A stretch of DNA of 64,000 bases from Eubacteriales bacterium (GCA_045121195.1 JBGVFO010000167.1:26015-90014), one strand, 5' to 3'; counted from the first letter of the stretch, positions 1 through 10,080 are shown. Made by a program: numbers and translations. The notes: a model not told the origin generated them from the sequence alone.

Positions 1-1
1 C

Positions 2-1504
2 TCAGTTTCGGCTTTGGAATCCTCCAAGCGGGTGGCGTTTAATATGATCTGCAACACGGCGGCGCACTGTCTGTCGGCGATGATCGCTTTCGTGATCACG
101 CCCTTTCTGATTGCGAGGATCGGTGTTGAGGCGTACGGCTTTTATCCCATTTCCACAGAGGTCATCGCCTTTTTCGGTATGTTTACGGGGGTCGTCAATT
201 CGACGGCGAGTCGCTACATTACCGTAGAGGACGCGCGGGGAAATCACGCCGACGCCAGTCGGTATTTTTCCACGGTTTTCTTCACCAATCTTCTTTTGTG
301 CGGCGTTCTGCTTCTCCCCATGGGATTGTTCGTGGCGTTTGTTGACCGTATTCTTTCCGTGCCCGCAAATTTTGTGAGCGAGCTTCGCGTGTTTTTCACC
401 CTCATTTTGGCTTCGGTGCTCGTCAATGCGCTTTCCGCCGCGTTTGGCAGCGCGTATATGATCTCCAACCGCATCGATCTTCGGTCGGGACAGGAGCTGA
501 TCGCGGTGCTTCTCAAGGCGGCGGTGCTGTTCGGACTCTTAGGCGGCGGATTTTCCTCCTCGATCGTGAGTGTCGGCATCGCGGTTTTGGTGTCTGCCGT
601 GGCGGGCGCGGCGATTCAGGTCTTGATGTGCCGACGGCTGGCTCCCGATCTGTCCCTGTCGGTGCGTCACGTTTGCGGCGCCCACGCACGGCGGGTGCTT
701 GTGTCGGGTGTTTGGTATACGTTGGATCGGTTTGGAGCGTTTTTGATGACGGGCGCGCTTTTGTTGGTTTGCAACGTGGTCTTCTCCTCGGACGGCGTGG
801 GACTGTACCCGGTGGCGCTCACCGCGTCCCGCTTCCTTTGTGGGATCCTGTTCGTGCTGGCGGGTGCGTTCCTGCCCATCACCGCCAAGCGCTTCGCGCG
901 GGGTGAGGACGCGCTTCTGCGGCGGGAGATCGTGCGTAACCAAAAGATCACGGGGTATCTGGCGGCGGTCGGCGTGGCGGTCGGTATTGGCTTCTGCCAT
1001 GAGTTTTTCACGCTCTGGCTTTCGGAGAGCGCCCCTTCGCTTCGCCTTTTGACGGTGCTTTCGATTCTCCCCGCGGTGTCGGTTGCCTGCGCCCTCCCTA
1101 TCGTGGATCTTGGGGTGGTGATGAACCGAATGCGCCGCTTATCCTTATTGTTCGTGGGAAGCGGACTCTTTACTCTGGCAGTCATTCTGTTTATCGCCTG
1201 CTTTACCCCCGCAGGGGTGGTGGGGGTTGCCGCCACTTCCTGTGTGGCACAGCTACTTTGGTATACGGTGCTGGTTCCGTTTTTCGCGGGGCGTATACTC
1301 AAAACGGGCGCGTGGCAATTTTACTGTCCCGTTCTCCGTTGCTTTGCCGCGTGCGCTCTGTCCGTCGGACTGATTTTCGCGGTCAAGGCGATGGCGCCCG
1401 TTGACGATTGGACCTCCTTGATCGTTATCGGAGGCGTGTCCGCCATCGTATCCCTTGCCGTGAGCTTTCTGTGCGTCTTCGGCAAGCCAAAATTCAAAAT
1501 ATAG
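2..1504 (+). CDS. Wzx-like (MOP superfamily) polysaccharide/oligosaccharide flippase, 5' end truncated by window edge
   Basis: 496-aa ORF with no in-frame stop back to position 2; the first in-frame start is TTG at 14. Many hydrophobic helical segments; composition typical of Wzx/MurJ-type flippases. No catalytic motifs. Confidence 0.5.
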   Translation, partial: SVSALESSKRVAFNMICNTAAHCLSAMIAFVITPFLIARIGVEAYGFYPISTEVIAFFGMFTGVVNSTASRYITVEDARGNHADASRYFSTVFFTNLLLCGVLLLPMGLFVAFVDRILSVPANFVSELRVFFTLILASVLVNALSAAFGSAYMISNRIDLRSGQELIAVLLKAAVLFGLLGGGFSSSIVSVGIAVLVSAVAGAAIQVLMCRRLAPDLSLSVRHVCGAHARRVLVSGVWYTLDRFGAFLMTGALLLVCNVVFSSDGVGLYPVALTASRFLCGILFVLAGAFLPITAKRFARGEDALLRREIVRNQKITGYLAAVGVAVGIGFCHEFFTLWLSESAPSLRLLTVLSILPAVSVACALPIVDLGVVMNRMRRLSLLFVGSGLFTLAVILFIACFTPAGVVGVAATSCVAQLLWYTVLVPFFAGRILKTGAWQFYCPVLRCFAACALSVGLIFAVKAMAPVDDWTSLIVIGGVSAIVSLAVSFLCVFGKPKFKI

Positions 1505-1536
1505 TTGACACGGAGCGGCGTTTCCTTTATAATGAT

Positions 1537-2475
1537 ATGGTATGGAAAAGGAAGGGAGGCGCCGCCGTGATCGTGCTTGAAATCTTGGGCAACCTGTTTG
1601 TTCAGCTTGCCTTTACCGTGGGCTTTATTCTGCTGTACGGCGGTCTTATTTCCCTGTGTAACCGTTGCTTTTACGATGCCTGCGGCGATACCGCCTTCGG
1701 GATCGTGCGGCTGACGGGATATATCGGTACGCCGATCCACGAATATTCTCACGCGCTGATGTGCCTTTTGTTCGGGCACACCGTAAAAAAGGTCAGCTTG
1801 TTTGGGGACTCCAAGCGCTCCAAAACCTTGGGATACGTGGAGCATACCTACTACCGTAAGAATCTGTATCAGCAGATAGGTAATTTCTTTATCGGTATCT
1901 CGCCGATCCTGGCAGGCGGCGCGGTGATCTTACTGCTGGTGCGCCTGTTGACCCCGGGGATGTATTTCGCGATGAAAAGTGAAACCGTGGAGATCCGCGC
2001 GTCCCTTGTGGGGGGCTTCAGCGGCGACGCCGTGGTGGCACTTCTGGGCGGGATCGGGTCTATGCTCGGCAGCTTTTTTGCCATAGACAATTTTTTGGAT
2101 TGGCGTTGGTGGATCTGCATGGTGCTTTCCTTTTCCGTGGCGATCCATATGGAGGTCAGCCGCTCGGATATCCGCTCGGGAACGCGCGGTCTTGGCGTGA
2201 TCGCGACTATGCTTCTCTTTGCCGACCTGATCCTTGGGCTTCTGTTCCCCAAGGCGCTTACGGCGGTGACGGGCGCGTGTGTGACGGCGGGCATCTTCGT
2301 TGCCTTTATCCTGCTGATCCCTGCCGTATTTTCCCTGATCATAGGCGGGATCTCTCTCGTCACGATCTTTGTGAGAGAGTCGGCACAGAGCATTAAAAAC
2401 GATCAGGCAAAGCCTGTGACGAGTCACAGAAATCTTCCCGCGAACCGATCCAATGAGGCGAAAAACAAAAAATAA
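1537..2475 (+). CDS. polytopic membrane protein with HEYSH (HExxH) motif; putative membrane zincin (DUF3267-like, from memory)
   Basis: ATG at 1537 chosen to avoid overlap with the upstream CDS. The ORF in the track extends further 5' with alternative starts. Motif GTPIHEYSHALMCLLFGH sits inside a hydrophobic region. Confidence 0.4.
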   Translation: MVWKRKGGAAVIVLEILGNLFVQLAFTVGFILLYGGLISLCNRCFYDACGDTAFGIVRLTGYIGTPIHEYSHALMCLLFGHTVKKVSLFGDSKRSKTLGYVEHTYYRKNLYQQIGNFFIGISPILAGGAVILLLVRLLTPGMYFAMKSETVEIRASLVGGFSGDAVVALLGGIGSMLGSFFAIDNFLDWRWWICMVLSFSVAIHMEVSRSDIRSGTRGLGVIATMLLFADLILGLLFPKALTAVTGACVTAGIFVAFILLIPAVFSLIIGGISLVTIFVRESAQSIKNDQAKPVTSHRNLPANRSNEAKNKK

Positions 2476-2509
2476 AAGAACCCCGACGGTGTTCCGTCGG
2501 GGTTTTCCG

Positions 2510-5455
2510 TTATTCTCGGCAGTTGACGCCGAAGCGGACGAAGCAGTAACGATCCTTGAGATATTGCTTCCATTCGCCGTCCTTCCATTGCTTCTCGCCC
2601 GTGAAGTGAGAGGGGGTTACACCGGTGGGCTCAAAGGTGGCGTGATGGAGCGGTCCCAGCAGATTGCGGTTGCCGTTGCAGAGACGAAGCTCTATGACGT
2701 TCTTGCCCTCATGCAAATGCGCGGAAAGGTCGCAGGCGCTTTCAAACAAAAGCTTGCCCGCATAGCATCCGTTTACCAGGATCTCGCACACCGCGAAGCG
2801 ACCCGAAAGGGAAAGAACGGTGGGCATACCGATCCGATACTCATACTCGGTGGCGACGCAAAGCTCCCCCGCAAAGAAGGGATAGCCGTCTTTGATCACG
2901 TTGACGAGGCTTACCGTATCGCGGGCAGGGGCGATGGAGAAGTCCCCATCATAGGTGAAGACGTTGTGGGCGACCGCCTCAAATCGGCGCGGATCGGTTG
3001 CCACGCGGAAATCACCAAAAAGATACACACATTCGATCTCGGTATCGAAGCAAAGACAGTTGCGAAGGGACTCGGAAACGCCGGAATACAGAACGTCGTA
3101 GACGGCGTCGCGCTGGAAATAATTCACGGTATAGCAGATCTCGTTGACGCCGACCCTGACAAGGGCGGTGATGTCCGCCGTGCCGAAGCAGCGGTCCAGC
3201 CAGAAGCCGCTTCCAAGGGCAACGGGGCTACCGTTGACCGTCAGCGACTTGTAGGGAAGCTTCTCCGCGGCAAGGCTGATCGCTTGGGGGATCGCCTCAA
3301 CCTTGAAGATGTGCTTTACCGTCAGCTCGCCCGCATATCGGTTACGAAGCAGCTCGTCCTTGAGCTGCATCAGGGGAATGTCTTCGACGAATTTGCCGCC
3401 GTCAAGGGAGTAGGAGAGGGTATCCAGCGTCAGCGTGTTGACGGGGCGCTTCGTGAGGGTGGCGCGCGGCGCGGGCAGGAAGGTCGCCGCGTCGGGCATC
3501 CTGTAGTCTGCGAGAGGCAGGGCGGGGAGCGCGTCGCTTTCCACCAGCATGAAGGATTCCGAATCTCCTATATCCACAAGGGCGCGGAAGGTGCCGTCCT
3601 TCGAGACCTCGCCGTGAAGCGGCGAGGGGGTAAGGGTCAGAATGTCCAGCTTGACGAGGTTACGGCAATTCTTTACGGCGATCTGTACGGTTTTGTAGGT
3701 CTGATTACGGATATTGGTAACGAAGATCAGCCTGCCGTCCTCGGTTTGTCTTGTCATAACGCGAAGGTCGGGGATTCGTTGACCCTCAAGGGTTGCTACG
3801 ACCTCCTCGGCGTTCTTCAGCTCCTCAAGACTAAAGTTGCTCTTAAGCCACGAAAGATCGGCGAGACGGGCGTCGATGCGTGTGGGCGTTTGTCCTAAAA
3901 GCAAGATCTTGCCGCCGTTTTCCGCGTACTCGCGAAGCAGGGAAACGGTAAAGGAATCCAAGGTCTCCACGTCGGGAACGATCACGCGGTCGTAGGTGCA
4001 AAGTCCCACCTTGATCGCCGTACCGTCCACGCGCGCCAGCTCCTTCATCATGGTTTCGTCGCCGTAGTGATAGGCGATCTGGTTTCCCGAAAGCAGATCG
4101 GACAGGGCATTGAGGCGTCCGTTCTCGGTCGCCATAGATTCCGCCTCGCGCTCGCGGACGTAGTACATAAAGGAGTGGTGCAGGGGATGGATCACCAGGG
4201 TGCGAGCCGATTCGGTGCCGCGGGAAAGCATATAGCCGAGGTTATTGTAATAGCGGTTGAAGTCTGCAAGATGCTTCTGCCACGGCAGATGCTCGGAAAA
4301 GTGGGCGGGGTAGTCCCGCTTTCGCTGTCCGCGCATGGAATAGGCGTACAGATGGTGACACATCAGATTGACGCCGCCCGCGTATTGCATATCGGCAATG
4401 TTTTTAAGCTCCTTGGGGGTGACGTCCCAGCCGCACATGGCAAAGGTTTCGGTCAGGGCCTTTTTGCGTCCCGTCTGGGCGCAGACCGAGCCAAGCTGCT
4501 TTGCCATAGCGTCCTTTTTGAGAGGACGGGACAGGTAGTCGATGCCCGGGATATGCTCGTACTGATAGAATTGCATCACGCCCGAGCAGCAGTGAAGTTG
4601 ACCGCTGATCGTGCTTTCCTCAATGGTGTGTCCCGTCAGCTGACAGCCGTTTTCCTCGCACCAATCGTAGATCTGCTTGACAAAGCTCTCAATATAGAGC
4701 TTTGCTACAAGCTTGCGGTAGTCAAAGCGGAATTCGCGGAAGCCCTCGCAGTCCACAAAGAGCTTCAAAAGATGCTCGCAGAGATCGTAGCCGTATTCGG
4801 CAAGAAAGGCGTCGGGAATGACCTGTGACCAGGGGGTCGCGGCGCGGTAGTGCTGGGGCTCGTCGGTGAAGAAGCCGGGCATAGCGGTACCGAAATCCGC
4901 GGCGGCGATCTTCTTTTTATATTCCTCGTGAGTCACGTCAATGAATTGACGGATCACAGATTTGTTAAGAACGTCTACGTAGGAACGGTCGTGTCCGACG
5001 GTGATCACGTGGTACGTGGTGGCGCCGTCCACGGGCGCGCTCACGCGGCGGGATACGTTGTTTTCCAGTACGTAGACCGCAAGGGGCTCTCCCTCGGGAT
5101 AGGTATCCTGCGTTTGGTAGCGGAGAAAACGGGCGAAGTTTTCGGGATTTCCAAGAAGCTTGCCCCCCGCAAAGCCCGAGGGCCAGCCGTTCTCGTCGTA
5201 GGACCACGCCTCCATACCAAGCTTTTTTGCCTCGTCGATGCAGACGTTTATCGCGCGGTACCAGTCGTCCGACATATATTCGGTTTCAAGACCGCCGCGG
5301 GCGTGCATAAAAAAGCCGTTCATTCCGATATCGTGCATATTGCGGATCTGACGGCGAAGCTCGTCCTCCTCCAGCTTGTCATTCCAGCTCCAGAAGGGAA
5401 GACCGCCGTGGGTGATCGCGTTTTCGGATACGTCACGGATGAGTTCGTTCAACAT
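2510..5455 (-). CDS. large (~980 aa) putative glycoside hydrolase, N-terminal TIM-barrel-like region; family not assignable by eye
   Basis: Long minus-strand ORF. N-terminus reads LPFWSWNDKLEEDELRRQIRNMHDIGMNGFFMHARGG, resembling GH35/GH42-type barrel starts. First M of the track is TTG; ATG at 5455 (MLNELIRD) is the preferred start. Confidence 0.45.
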   Translation of the reverse strand: MLNELIRDVSENAITHGGLPFWSWNDKLEEDELRRQIRNMHDIGMNGFFMHARGGLETEYMSDDWYRAINVCIDEAKKLGMEAWSYDENGWPSGFAGGKLLGNPENFARFLRYQTQDTYPEGEPLAVYVLENNVSRRVSAPVDGATTYHVITVGHDRSYVDVLNKSVIRQFIDVTHEEYKKKIAAADFGTAMPGFFTDEPQHYRAATPWSQVIPDAFLAEYGYDLCEHLLKLFVDCEGFREFRFDYRKLVAKLYIESFVKQIYDWCEENGCQLTGHTIEESTISGQLHCCSGVMQFYQYEHIPGIDYLSRPLKKDAMAKQLGSVCAQTGRKKALTETFAMCGWDVTPKELKNIADMQYAGGVNLMCHHLYAYSMRGQRKRDYPAHFSEHLPWQKHLADFNRYYNNLGYMLSRGTESARTLVIHPLHHSFMYYVREREAESMATENGRLNALSDLLSGNQIAYHYGDETMMKELARVDGTAIKVGLCTYDRVIVPDVETLDSFTVSLLREYAENGGKILLLGQTPTRIDARLADLSWLKSNFSLEELKNAEEVVATLEGQRIPDLRVMTRQTEDGRLIFVTNIRNQTYKTVQIAVKNCRNLVKLDILTLTPSPLHGEVSKDGTFRALVDIGDSESFMLVESDALPALPLADYRMPDAATFLPAPRATLTKRPVNTLTLDTLSYSLDGGKFVEDIPLMQLKDELLRNRYAGELTVKHIFKVEAIPQAISLAAEKLPYKSLTVNGSPVALGSGFWLDRCFGTADITALVRVGVNEICYTVNYFQRDAVYDVLYSGVSESLRNCLCFDTEIECVYLFGDFRVATDPRRFEAVAHNVFTYDGDFSIAPARDTVSLVNVIKDGYPFFAGELCVATEYEYRIGMPTVLSLSGRFAVCEILVNGCYAGKLLFESACDLSAHLHEGKNVIELRLCNGNRNLLGPLHHATFEPTGVTPSHFTGEKQWKDGEWKQYLKDRYCFVRFGVNCRE

Positions 5456-5550
5456 AACAGGATGCTCCTTCGTCAAGGTTTCTTGATGCCAGTATAGCAC
5501 GGAAGCAGAAAAAAGGCAAGAAAAAACCGCCAACAAAATGTTGACGGCTT

Positions 5551-5757
5551 TTACTCCTTCGGGACGAATTCCGTTCCCGTGATCAAATAGTGAATCGAAG
5601 CGTTAAAATACTCGGAAAGCTTGATGAGCATATCCAACGAGGGGGTGCGCTTTCCCGCTTCGTAATATGACAGTGCCTCCCGACTGATATTGAGATCCAT
5701 AGCCACCTTTAATTGGCTGTACCCCTTTTTGTTCCGTATCTCTCTTAAGCCTTTCAT
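5551..5757 (-). CDS. XRE-family helix-turn-helix transcriptional regulator (68 aa)
   Basis: MKGLREIRNKKGYSQLKVAMDLNISREALSYYEAGKRTPSLDMLIKLSEYF is a canonical HTH_3 (Cro/C1) domain. The internal ATG was chosen; the upstream ORF extension has no HTH. Confidence 0.7.
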   Translation of the reverse strand: MKGLREIRNKKGYSQLKVAMDLNISREALSYYEAGKRTPSLDMLIKLSEYFNASIHYLITGTEFVPKE

Positions 5758-5794
5758 TTTGAAAAATCCTTTCTGTCGAATTTTCAAAAAGCTC

Positions 5795-5844
5795 TTGACT
5801 TTATTGTAACAAAATGTTACAATGGATATGTAACAACTTGTTAC
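5795..5844 (+). promoter_or_regulatory. sigma-A-like promoter (TTGACT-17-TACAAT) overlapped by two palindromic operators TGTAACA-N3-TGTTACA
   Basis: Read directly: cTTGACTttattgtaacaaaatgtTACAATggatatgtaacaacttgttacg. Operator 1 spans the spacer and -10; operator 2 lies just downstream of -10. Located between the divergent XRE gene and the membrane-protein gene. Confidence 0.55.
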
Positions 5845-5901
5845 GCTCAAAATGAAACAGACTTGACCGGAGGAGGCTCGCAGGAGCGAGAGGAGGTAAA
5901 A

Positions 5902-6459
5902 ATGAACAACAGCAGAGAGTATGACAGAGCACCTGAGGTAACAGAGAACGTGCTCGCAGGTATCGTAGGCGCCTTTTTGTTTTCACTGGTAGGCGGGGTG
6001 CTTTGGTTTATTATCTACCGCATTGGCTTTATTGCCGGAATCAGCGGATTGATCGGCGCGATTTGCGCGATAAAGGGTTATTTTGTTTTCTCGAAAAAAG
6101 AGAGTGTAAAGGGCATCGTTATATCCGTGGTGATCGCGCTTTTGGTCATCGTTATCGCCTGGTATTTTTGTCTGGCGTACGACGTATACGACGTGCATAA
6201 GCTTTGGTTTGAGGAGGGGGAGATCGACTATACGCTCACCTTCTTCGAGGCGGTCAGAGGTTCCCATTATTATCTGACCGATCCCGAGATCGCACCGGCA
6301 TATTTCGGAGATCTTGCCATCGGATTGCTGTTTTGTATCGCGGGTGGCGGCAGCTACGTAGTCAATAAGATCAAGGCGGCAAAGCAAGGAAAGCAAGCGA
6401 TGGAGATGGCGGATCCGCCTGTGATCCCGGAGGAAGAAGGGGGACCCACAGAGGAGTGA
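5902..6459 (+). CDS. hypothetical membrane protein (multi-pass), divergent from XRE regulator
   Basis: GAGGAGG RBS 8 nt upstream of ATG (MNNSREY). Several hydrophobic helices; acidic C-terminal tail. Confidence 0.5.
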   Translation: MNNSREYDRAPEVTENVLAGIVGAFLFSLVGGVLWFIIYRIGFIAGISGLIGAICAIKGYFVFSKKESVKGIVISVVIALLVIVIAWYFCLAYDVYDVHKLWFEEGEIDYTLTFFEAVRGSHYYLTDPEIAPAYFGDLAIGLLFCIAGGGSYVVNKIKAAKQGKQAMEMADPPVIPEEEGGPTEE

Positions 6460-6523
6460 CCTAAAGTATATCAAAGAAAATGCGTGAATGCAGTTAGCAT
6501 TCACGCATTTTTTATAGCTTCGG

Positions 6524-7363
6524 TCAGCATTCGCGGCTTTCGTATCCGATCATCAAGCCGCCGCGCTCGGCGTAGAAGCTGCAAAGTCCTCGTGTGACTC
6601 CGAGAAGGACGGAAGCCGCGGGGAATTTGGCAAGGATCAGATCGCGGAGCGCGGTCGCGCTTTCGGGATTCTCACAGTGATGGATATAAACCTTATCACC
6701 GTTATAACCGTTGTTCAGCATATTGTCGAAAATATCGGCGAGGGCGCGCTTCTCACCACGGGATTTGTTGGTGATCTCAAGGGTCCCCTCATCACTTGCC
6801 TTACCGATAATACGAATACCGAGAACACCCGCAAGCTTTGCTACGATGGGGCTGACCCGTCCGTTGTTAGCAAGGTTTCGCATGGATTCGAGGGCAAATA
6901 TCAAGTGGGTACGGCGTTGATAGCGCTTGATCTCGGCTACAATGTCGTCAAAGGTCATGCCCGCTTGAATCAAGGAACGAAGCTTTTCTACGATCAGCCG
7001 ATCCTCGGCACCGGTGGACAGGGTATCCACCACGTACACGCGGCGGTCGGGATGGCACTCGGTGTACTGCTTGGCGGCAAGAAGGGCGGCGTTGTGGCTG
7101 CCCGAAAGATTTTTGGTAATGGGAACGCAAAATACGTTCTCGGCGTTCTCGAACGCCGCCAGCCAATCCTCGGGATTGGGGCAGGATGAGCCCGATTTCC
7201 CCTTGTACGTCGCAAGATCGGCGAGCATAGCGGATACGTCAAGCTCTCGGTTGTCGGTATATTGCTTTTCTGCCGTAACGATGGTGAGAGGCACCGACGA
7301 AAAGGGGACGTCGGCGAGGGCAAGAAGATCAGCGGAGGAGTCGGCTACGATTTTGAAGTTCAT
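6524..7363 (-). CDS. DegV family fatty-acid-binding protein (FakB-like)
   Basis: 279 aa starting MNFKIVADSSADL..., with a DegV-typical N-terminus and length. Last gene of the acyltransferase/GT8 operon. Confidence 0.75.
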   Translation of the reverse strand: MNFKIVADSSADLLALADVPFSSVPLTIVTAEKQYTDNRELDVSAMLADLATYKGKSGSSCPNPEDWLAAFENAENVFCVPITKNLSGSHNAALLAAKQYTECHPDRRVYVVDTLSTGAEDRLIVEKLRSLIQAGMTFDDIVAEIKRYQRRTHLIFALESMRNLANNGRVSPIVAKLAGVLGIRIIGKASDEGTLEITNKSRGEKRALADIFDNMLNNGYNGDKVYIHHCENPESATALRDLILAKFPAASVLLGVTRGLCSFYAERGGLMIGYESREC

Positions 7364-7451
7364 TGAGTTGCTCCTGAATTTTTGGAATTTTTAATAGTAT
7401 ACTTGGAGAGTTCCAAGTTGTCAAGCCTGTTTTGTCGAAGATGAAAATTGT

Positions 7452-9245
7452 TTACAAACTCGACATTTCCCCTTCGTCCGCAGTTGATTCGGTGGTGTAG
7501 ATCAAAGGAATTCCGTATTCGGCTTCGTAGATCCCCTTCCAGACCGCGAAGTTCTGCGCGGCAAGCTTTTCCACCTTTTCGCCGTAGCGAAGGCTCTCGT
7601 CGGGATAAATGGGGGCGGATACGTGAATGGTGTATTCCTGAACGGGGAAGCCGTCCTCGCCGAGAATATCCGAGTCCTTCATCGTAATGAAGCAGGGAAG
7701 AACGGGGACGTTGTTTTTGGCGGCTAAGATGTAAGCCCCCTTCTTCAAGGGCTTGGGCTTGCGGTAATTCCACCACATGCTCTGCTCGGGATAGACCAGA
7801 ACGAAGTGACCGTCGCGCAAAAGGGTGCTTACGGCGTCCGAGAATTTTTTGAGGGTCTTGTGGTGAGAGGAGAGGGGCAGGGTGTTGCAGTTTCGCATCA
7901 GATAGCCGTAGAAGCCGGGGAATGAGGTGTAGTTGCCTTCCCGAATGACCCGATAGAAGGTGCGCTTCGGCTGGTCTGCCGCCTCGTAGGCGAGCTGGAT
8001 GGCAAAGCTGTCAAAGGCGTTGAAGTGATTGCAGGTGATAATAGCGCCGCTGTCAAGCTCGCGGAGATTTTCAATGCCGCGGATCTCCTTGACGATCATC
8101 TTCTTTTCCTTCATCAGCTTGTGGACGAATTTGTGGGCGATGGCAAAGGCGTGCTTGGTCTTCAAGCGTTGCCAAAGGGATTTCTTGAGGTAGTCGATCT
8201 CGTCGGGCATCAGCACGCGAGAGGGGGGATCCTCCTCCACGTCCTCACCGAACCGTCCCGCCCGCTCGTAGGCTTCGATCTTTTCAAGAATGGCGACTCT
8301 GTCGGCACTTCGCGTTTTCTTATTGAGTACCTTCAGGTAATTGTCCTCGCGGTCGATCTCCCTCAGCGCCAGCTGTAGGAGTGCCTCACAGGAGGCGGCG
8401 TCCCGCGCCCGTTCCTCGTCGGTATAGGCGTCAAGGACCTTTCGAATTTCCTCGTAAACGTAGGTTTCGGAGGCGTATTTCCAGAAAAGGTCGCCGTGTC
8501 TGCAATCACGGTAATGCCACGGCTTGTTGGTCATAATGTAGTGGAGGACGCAGGCTTCCTCGATGGGGTAGGGGATCTCACCGAAGATCTCGGTGTTCCA
8601 TCGCTGATCCAGCCAGTAGACGTGATCCTTGCAGAGCACGTTGAGGTAGTCCTCATCCTGCGTAACGACGAAGTTGTAGGTGCCGAGCAGGGTCACGAAT
8701 TTGTCCAGGATCCGCCCCTCGCGGAATCTGCGGCAGTTGATGAGGAGAACGCCCGCGTTGAAGAAGGCGTGGCGGGAGATGCCAAGCACCTTTTCCACGT
8801 AGGTGCCGTACTCGTCGACCTGAACCATTGCCTGCTCATGGCAGGCGCCCACGTAGGCGTCCCCGATATCGGTCAGATACATTTTGCTGATATCGCCCTG
8901 CACGACCGTGTCACTGTCAATGTAGATCGCCTTGTTATATTCGGGGAACATCTCGGCGATGAACAGGCGGAAATAGGTGGTCTTGGAGTAGTAATCCCGA
9001 ATGGGTAAACGTGAGGAAAGGGTCTCCAGATAAGAGCTGACGTCCTCGAAAAAGATCTTTACGTTCTCCGCTTCCATCTTTTGGAAGGAACGGCGAACGC
9101 GGGGGGTGATCTCAGTGTGAAGGATATGAACGTGATACTGGTAGTTGGGGTCTGCGTTCGCCATCATCGAGTGCAGAGAAACGACGGTGTATTTCACGAA
9201 GGCGTCATCGCAGGCGTAGAATATGGGAATGATCGGTTTAGCCAT
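7452..9245 (-). CDS. bifunctional protein: N-terminal glycosyltransferase family 8 domain fused to C-terminal PlsC/LPLAT-type acyltransferase domain
   Basis: N-terminal ~300 aa is GT8-like (YACDDAFVKY..., DxD-type region). C-terminal ~230 aa carries the HxxxxD acyltransferase motif (CNHFNAFD) and the PEG-like block (VLVYPEQ). AAGGAG RBS upstream of ATG at 9245. Start overlaps upstream gene end by 8 nt. Confidence 0.7.
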   Translation of the reverse strand: MAKPIIPIFYACDDAFVKYTVVSLHSMMANADPNYQYHVHILHTEITPRVRRSFQKMEAENVKIFFEDVSSYLETLSSRLPIRDYYSKTTYFRLFIAEMFPEYNKAIYIDSDTVVQGDISKMYLTDIGDAYVGACHEQAMVQVDEYGTYVEKVLGISRHAFFNAGVLLINCRRFREGRILDKFVTLLGTYNFVVTQDEDYLNVLCKDHVYWLDQRWNTEIFGEIPYPIEEACVLHYIMTNKPWHYRDCRHGDLFWKYASETYVYEEIRKVLDAYTDEERARDAASCEALLQLALREIDREDNYLKVLNKKTRSADRVAILEKIEAYERAGRFGEDVEEDPPSRVLMPDEIDYLKKSLWQRLKTKHAFAIAHKFVHKLMKEKKMIVKEIRGIENLRELDSGAIITCNHFNAFDSFAIQLAYEAADQPKRTFYRVIREGNYTSFPGFYGYLMRNCNTLPLSSHHKTLKKFSDAVSTLLRDGHFVLVYPEQSMWWNYRKPKPLKKGAYILAAKNNVPVLPCFITMKDSDILGEDGFPVQEYTIHVSAPIYPDESLRYGEKVEKLAAQNFAVWKGIYEAEYGIPLIYTTESTADEGEMSSL

Positions 9246-10080
9246 TTTGGGAAGCTCCTTGGTTGAATTTTTTGATGAGATCCTGGTATTCGGACAGAAT
9301 ATCGTCAAACTGACGATAGCGGAAGACCTTGTGGACGCGGTCTACCTGCCATTGCTTGATGTTGTCGGTGTGGGGGTAGGGAAGCCAGAACAGGCGCTTG
9401 GAAAAGTGCCGCACGACGGTGTGCTTGTGCAAGAACTTCTGATCGTTGAAGCGCTGGGGAAGCATCCTTTTACGGGTGGTGGAGCGAATGATGGCGCTCT
9501 GATCGGCAAACATCAGCTTCTTAGTCTTGATCAACGCCCGCGCTTTTTTCAGTAGCCCCGTTTGACGCATATAGCCCAGATTAAACAGCAAAACGCCGGC
9601 GTTTACGTAGTTGGGATGCACCAGATATTTTCCGTAGTGATCCCGCGCCGCGGCGTATTCGTAGCCATCCACGTCGATATCGTAAAGCAGATGAACGTCG
9701 CGGTTGAACATCACGTCTACGTCCAGATACAAAAGCTTATCGGGCAGACCGTCCACGCGGTCGGCGAACAGTCGTATCAGCGTGTAGGGCGAGCAGTAGG
9801 CGTCCTCGTTGGGACAGCTTTCGAACTTCTCTCGGTATAGTGCCGTGACGTCTATGAGAACGGCGCGATTTTCCTTGTTGTAGCCTTGGATCACCTCGCT
9901 GAAAAGTGCCATCTGGCGGTCGTTCACGGGGAGATAGGTCGGCTTGATGTGGGAAACGTCCATGGTGAGCACGTAGAACGTGAAGGGCTCGGGGGACGCG
10001 GTGCGCTTGAGTATGGAAAGGGCGCAGGTCAGCATGCCGTCGAAGACCTTATCGTTTCCGCAGAACAGAATATTAACCAT
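9238..10080 (-). CDS. glycosyltransferase family 8 (LPS 1,2/1,3-hexosyltransferase-like)
   Basis: 280 aa; MVNILFCGNDKVFDGM... and LYLDVDVMFNRD resemble the GT8 nucleotide-sugar-binding region. Overlaps both neighbours by 8 nt (translational coupling). Confidence 0.65.
   Translation of the reverse strand: MVNILFCGNDKVFDGMLTCALSILKRTASPEPFTFYVLTMDVSHIKPTYLPVNDRQMALFSEVIQGYNKENRAVLIDVTALYREKFESCPNEDAYCSPYTLIRLFADRVDGLPDKLLYLDVDVMFNRDVHLLYDIDVDGYEYAAARDHYGKYLVHPNYVNAGVLLFNLGYMRQTGLLKKARALIKTKKLMFADQSAIIRSTTRKRMLPQRFNDQKFLHKHTVVRHFSKRLFWLPYPHTDNIKQWQVDRVHKVFRYRQFDDILSEYQDLIKKFNQGASQNG

Noticed and set aside
2453-5497. Long plus-strand ORFs (2453-3898, 4067-4828, 4850-5497) inside the big minus-strand hydrolase gene
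   Set aside because: Antisense shadow ORFs typical of GC-rich DNA. Proteins are low-complexity (Gly/Arg/Ala/Val-rich) with no motifs, and they fully overlap a much longer, motif-bearing ORF.
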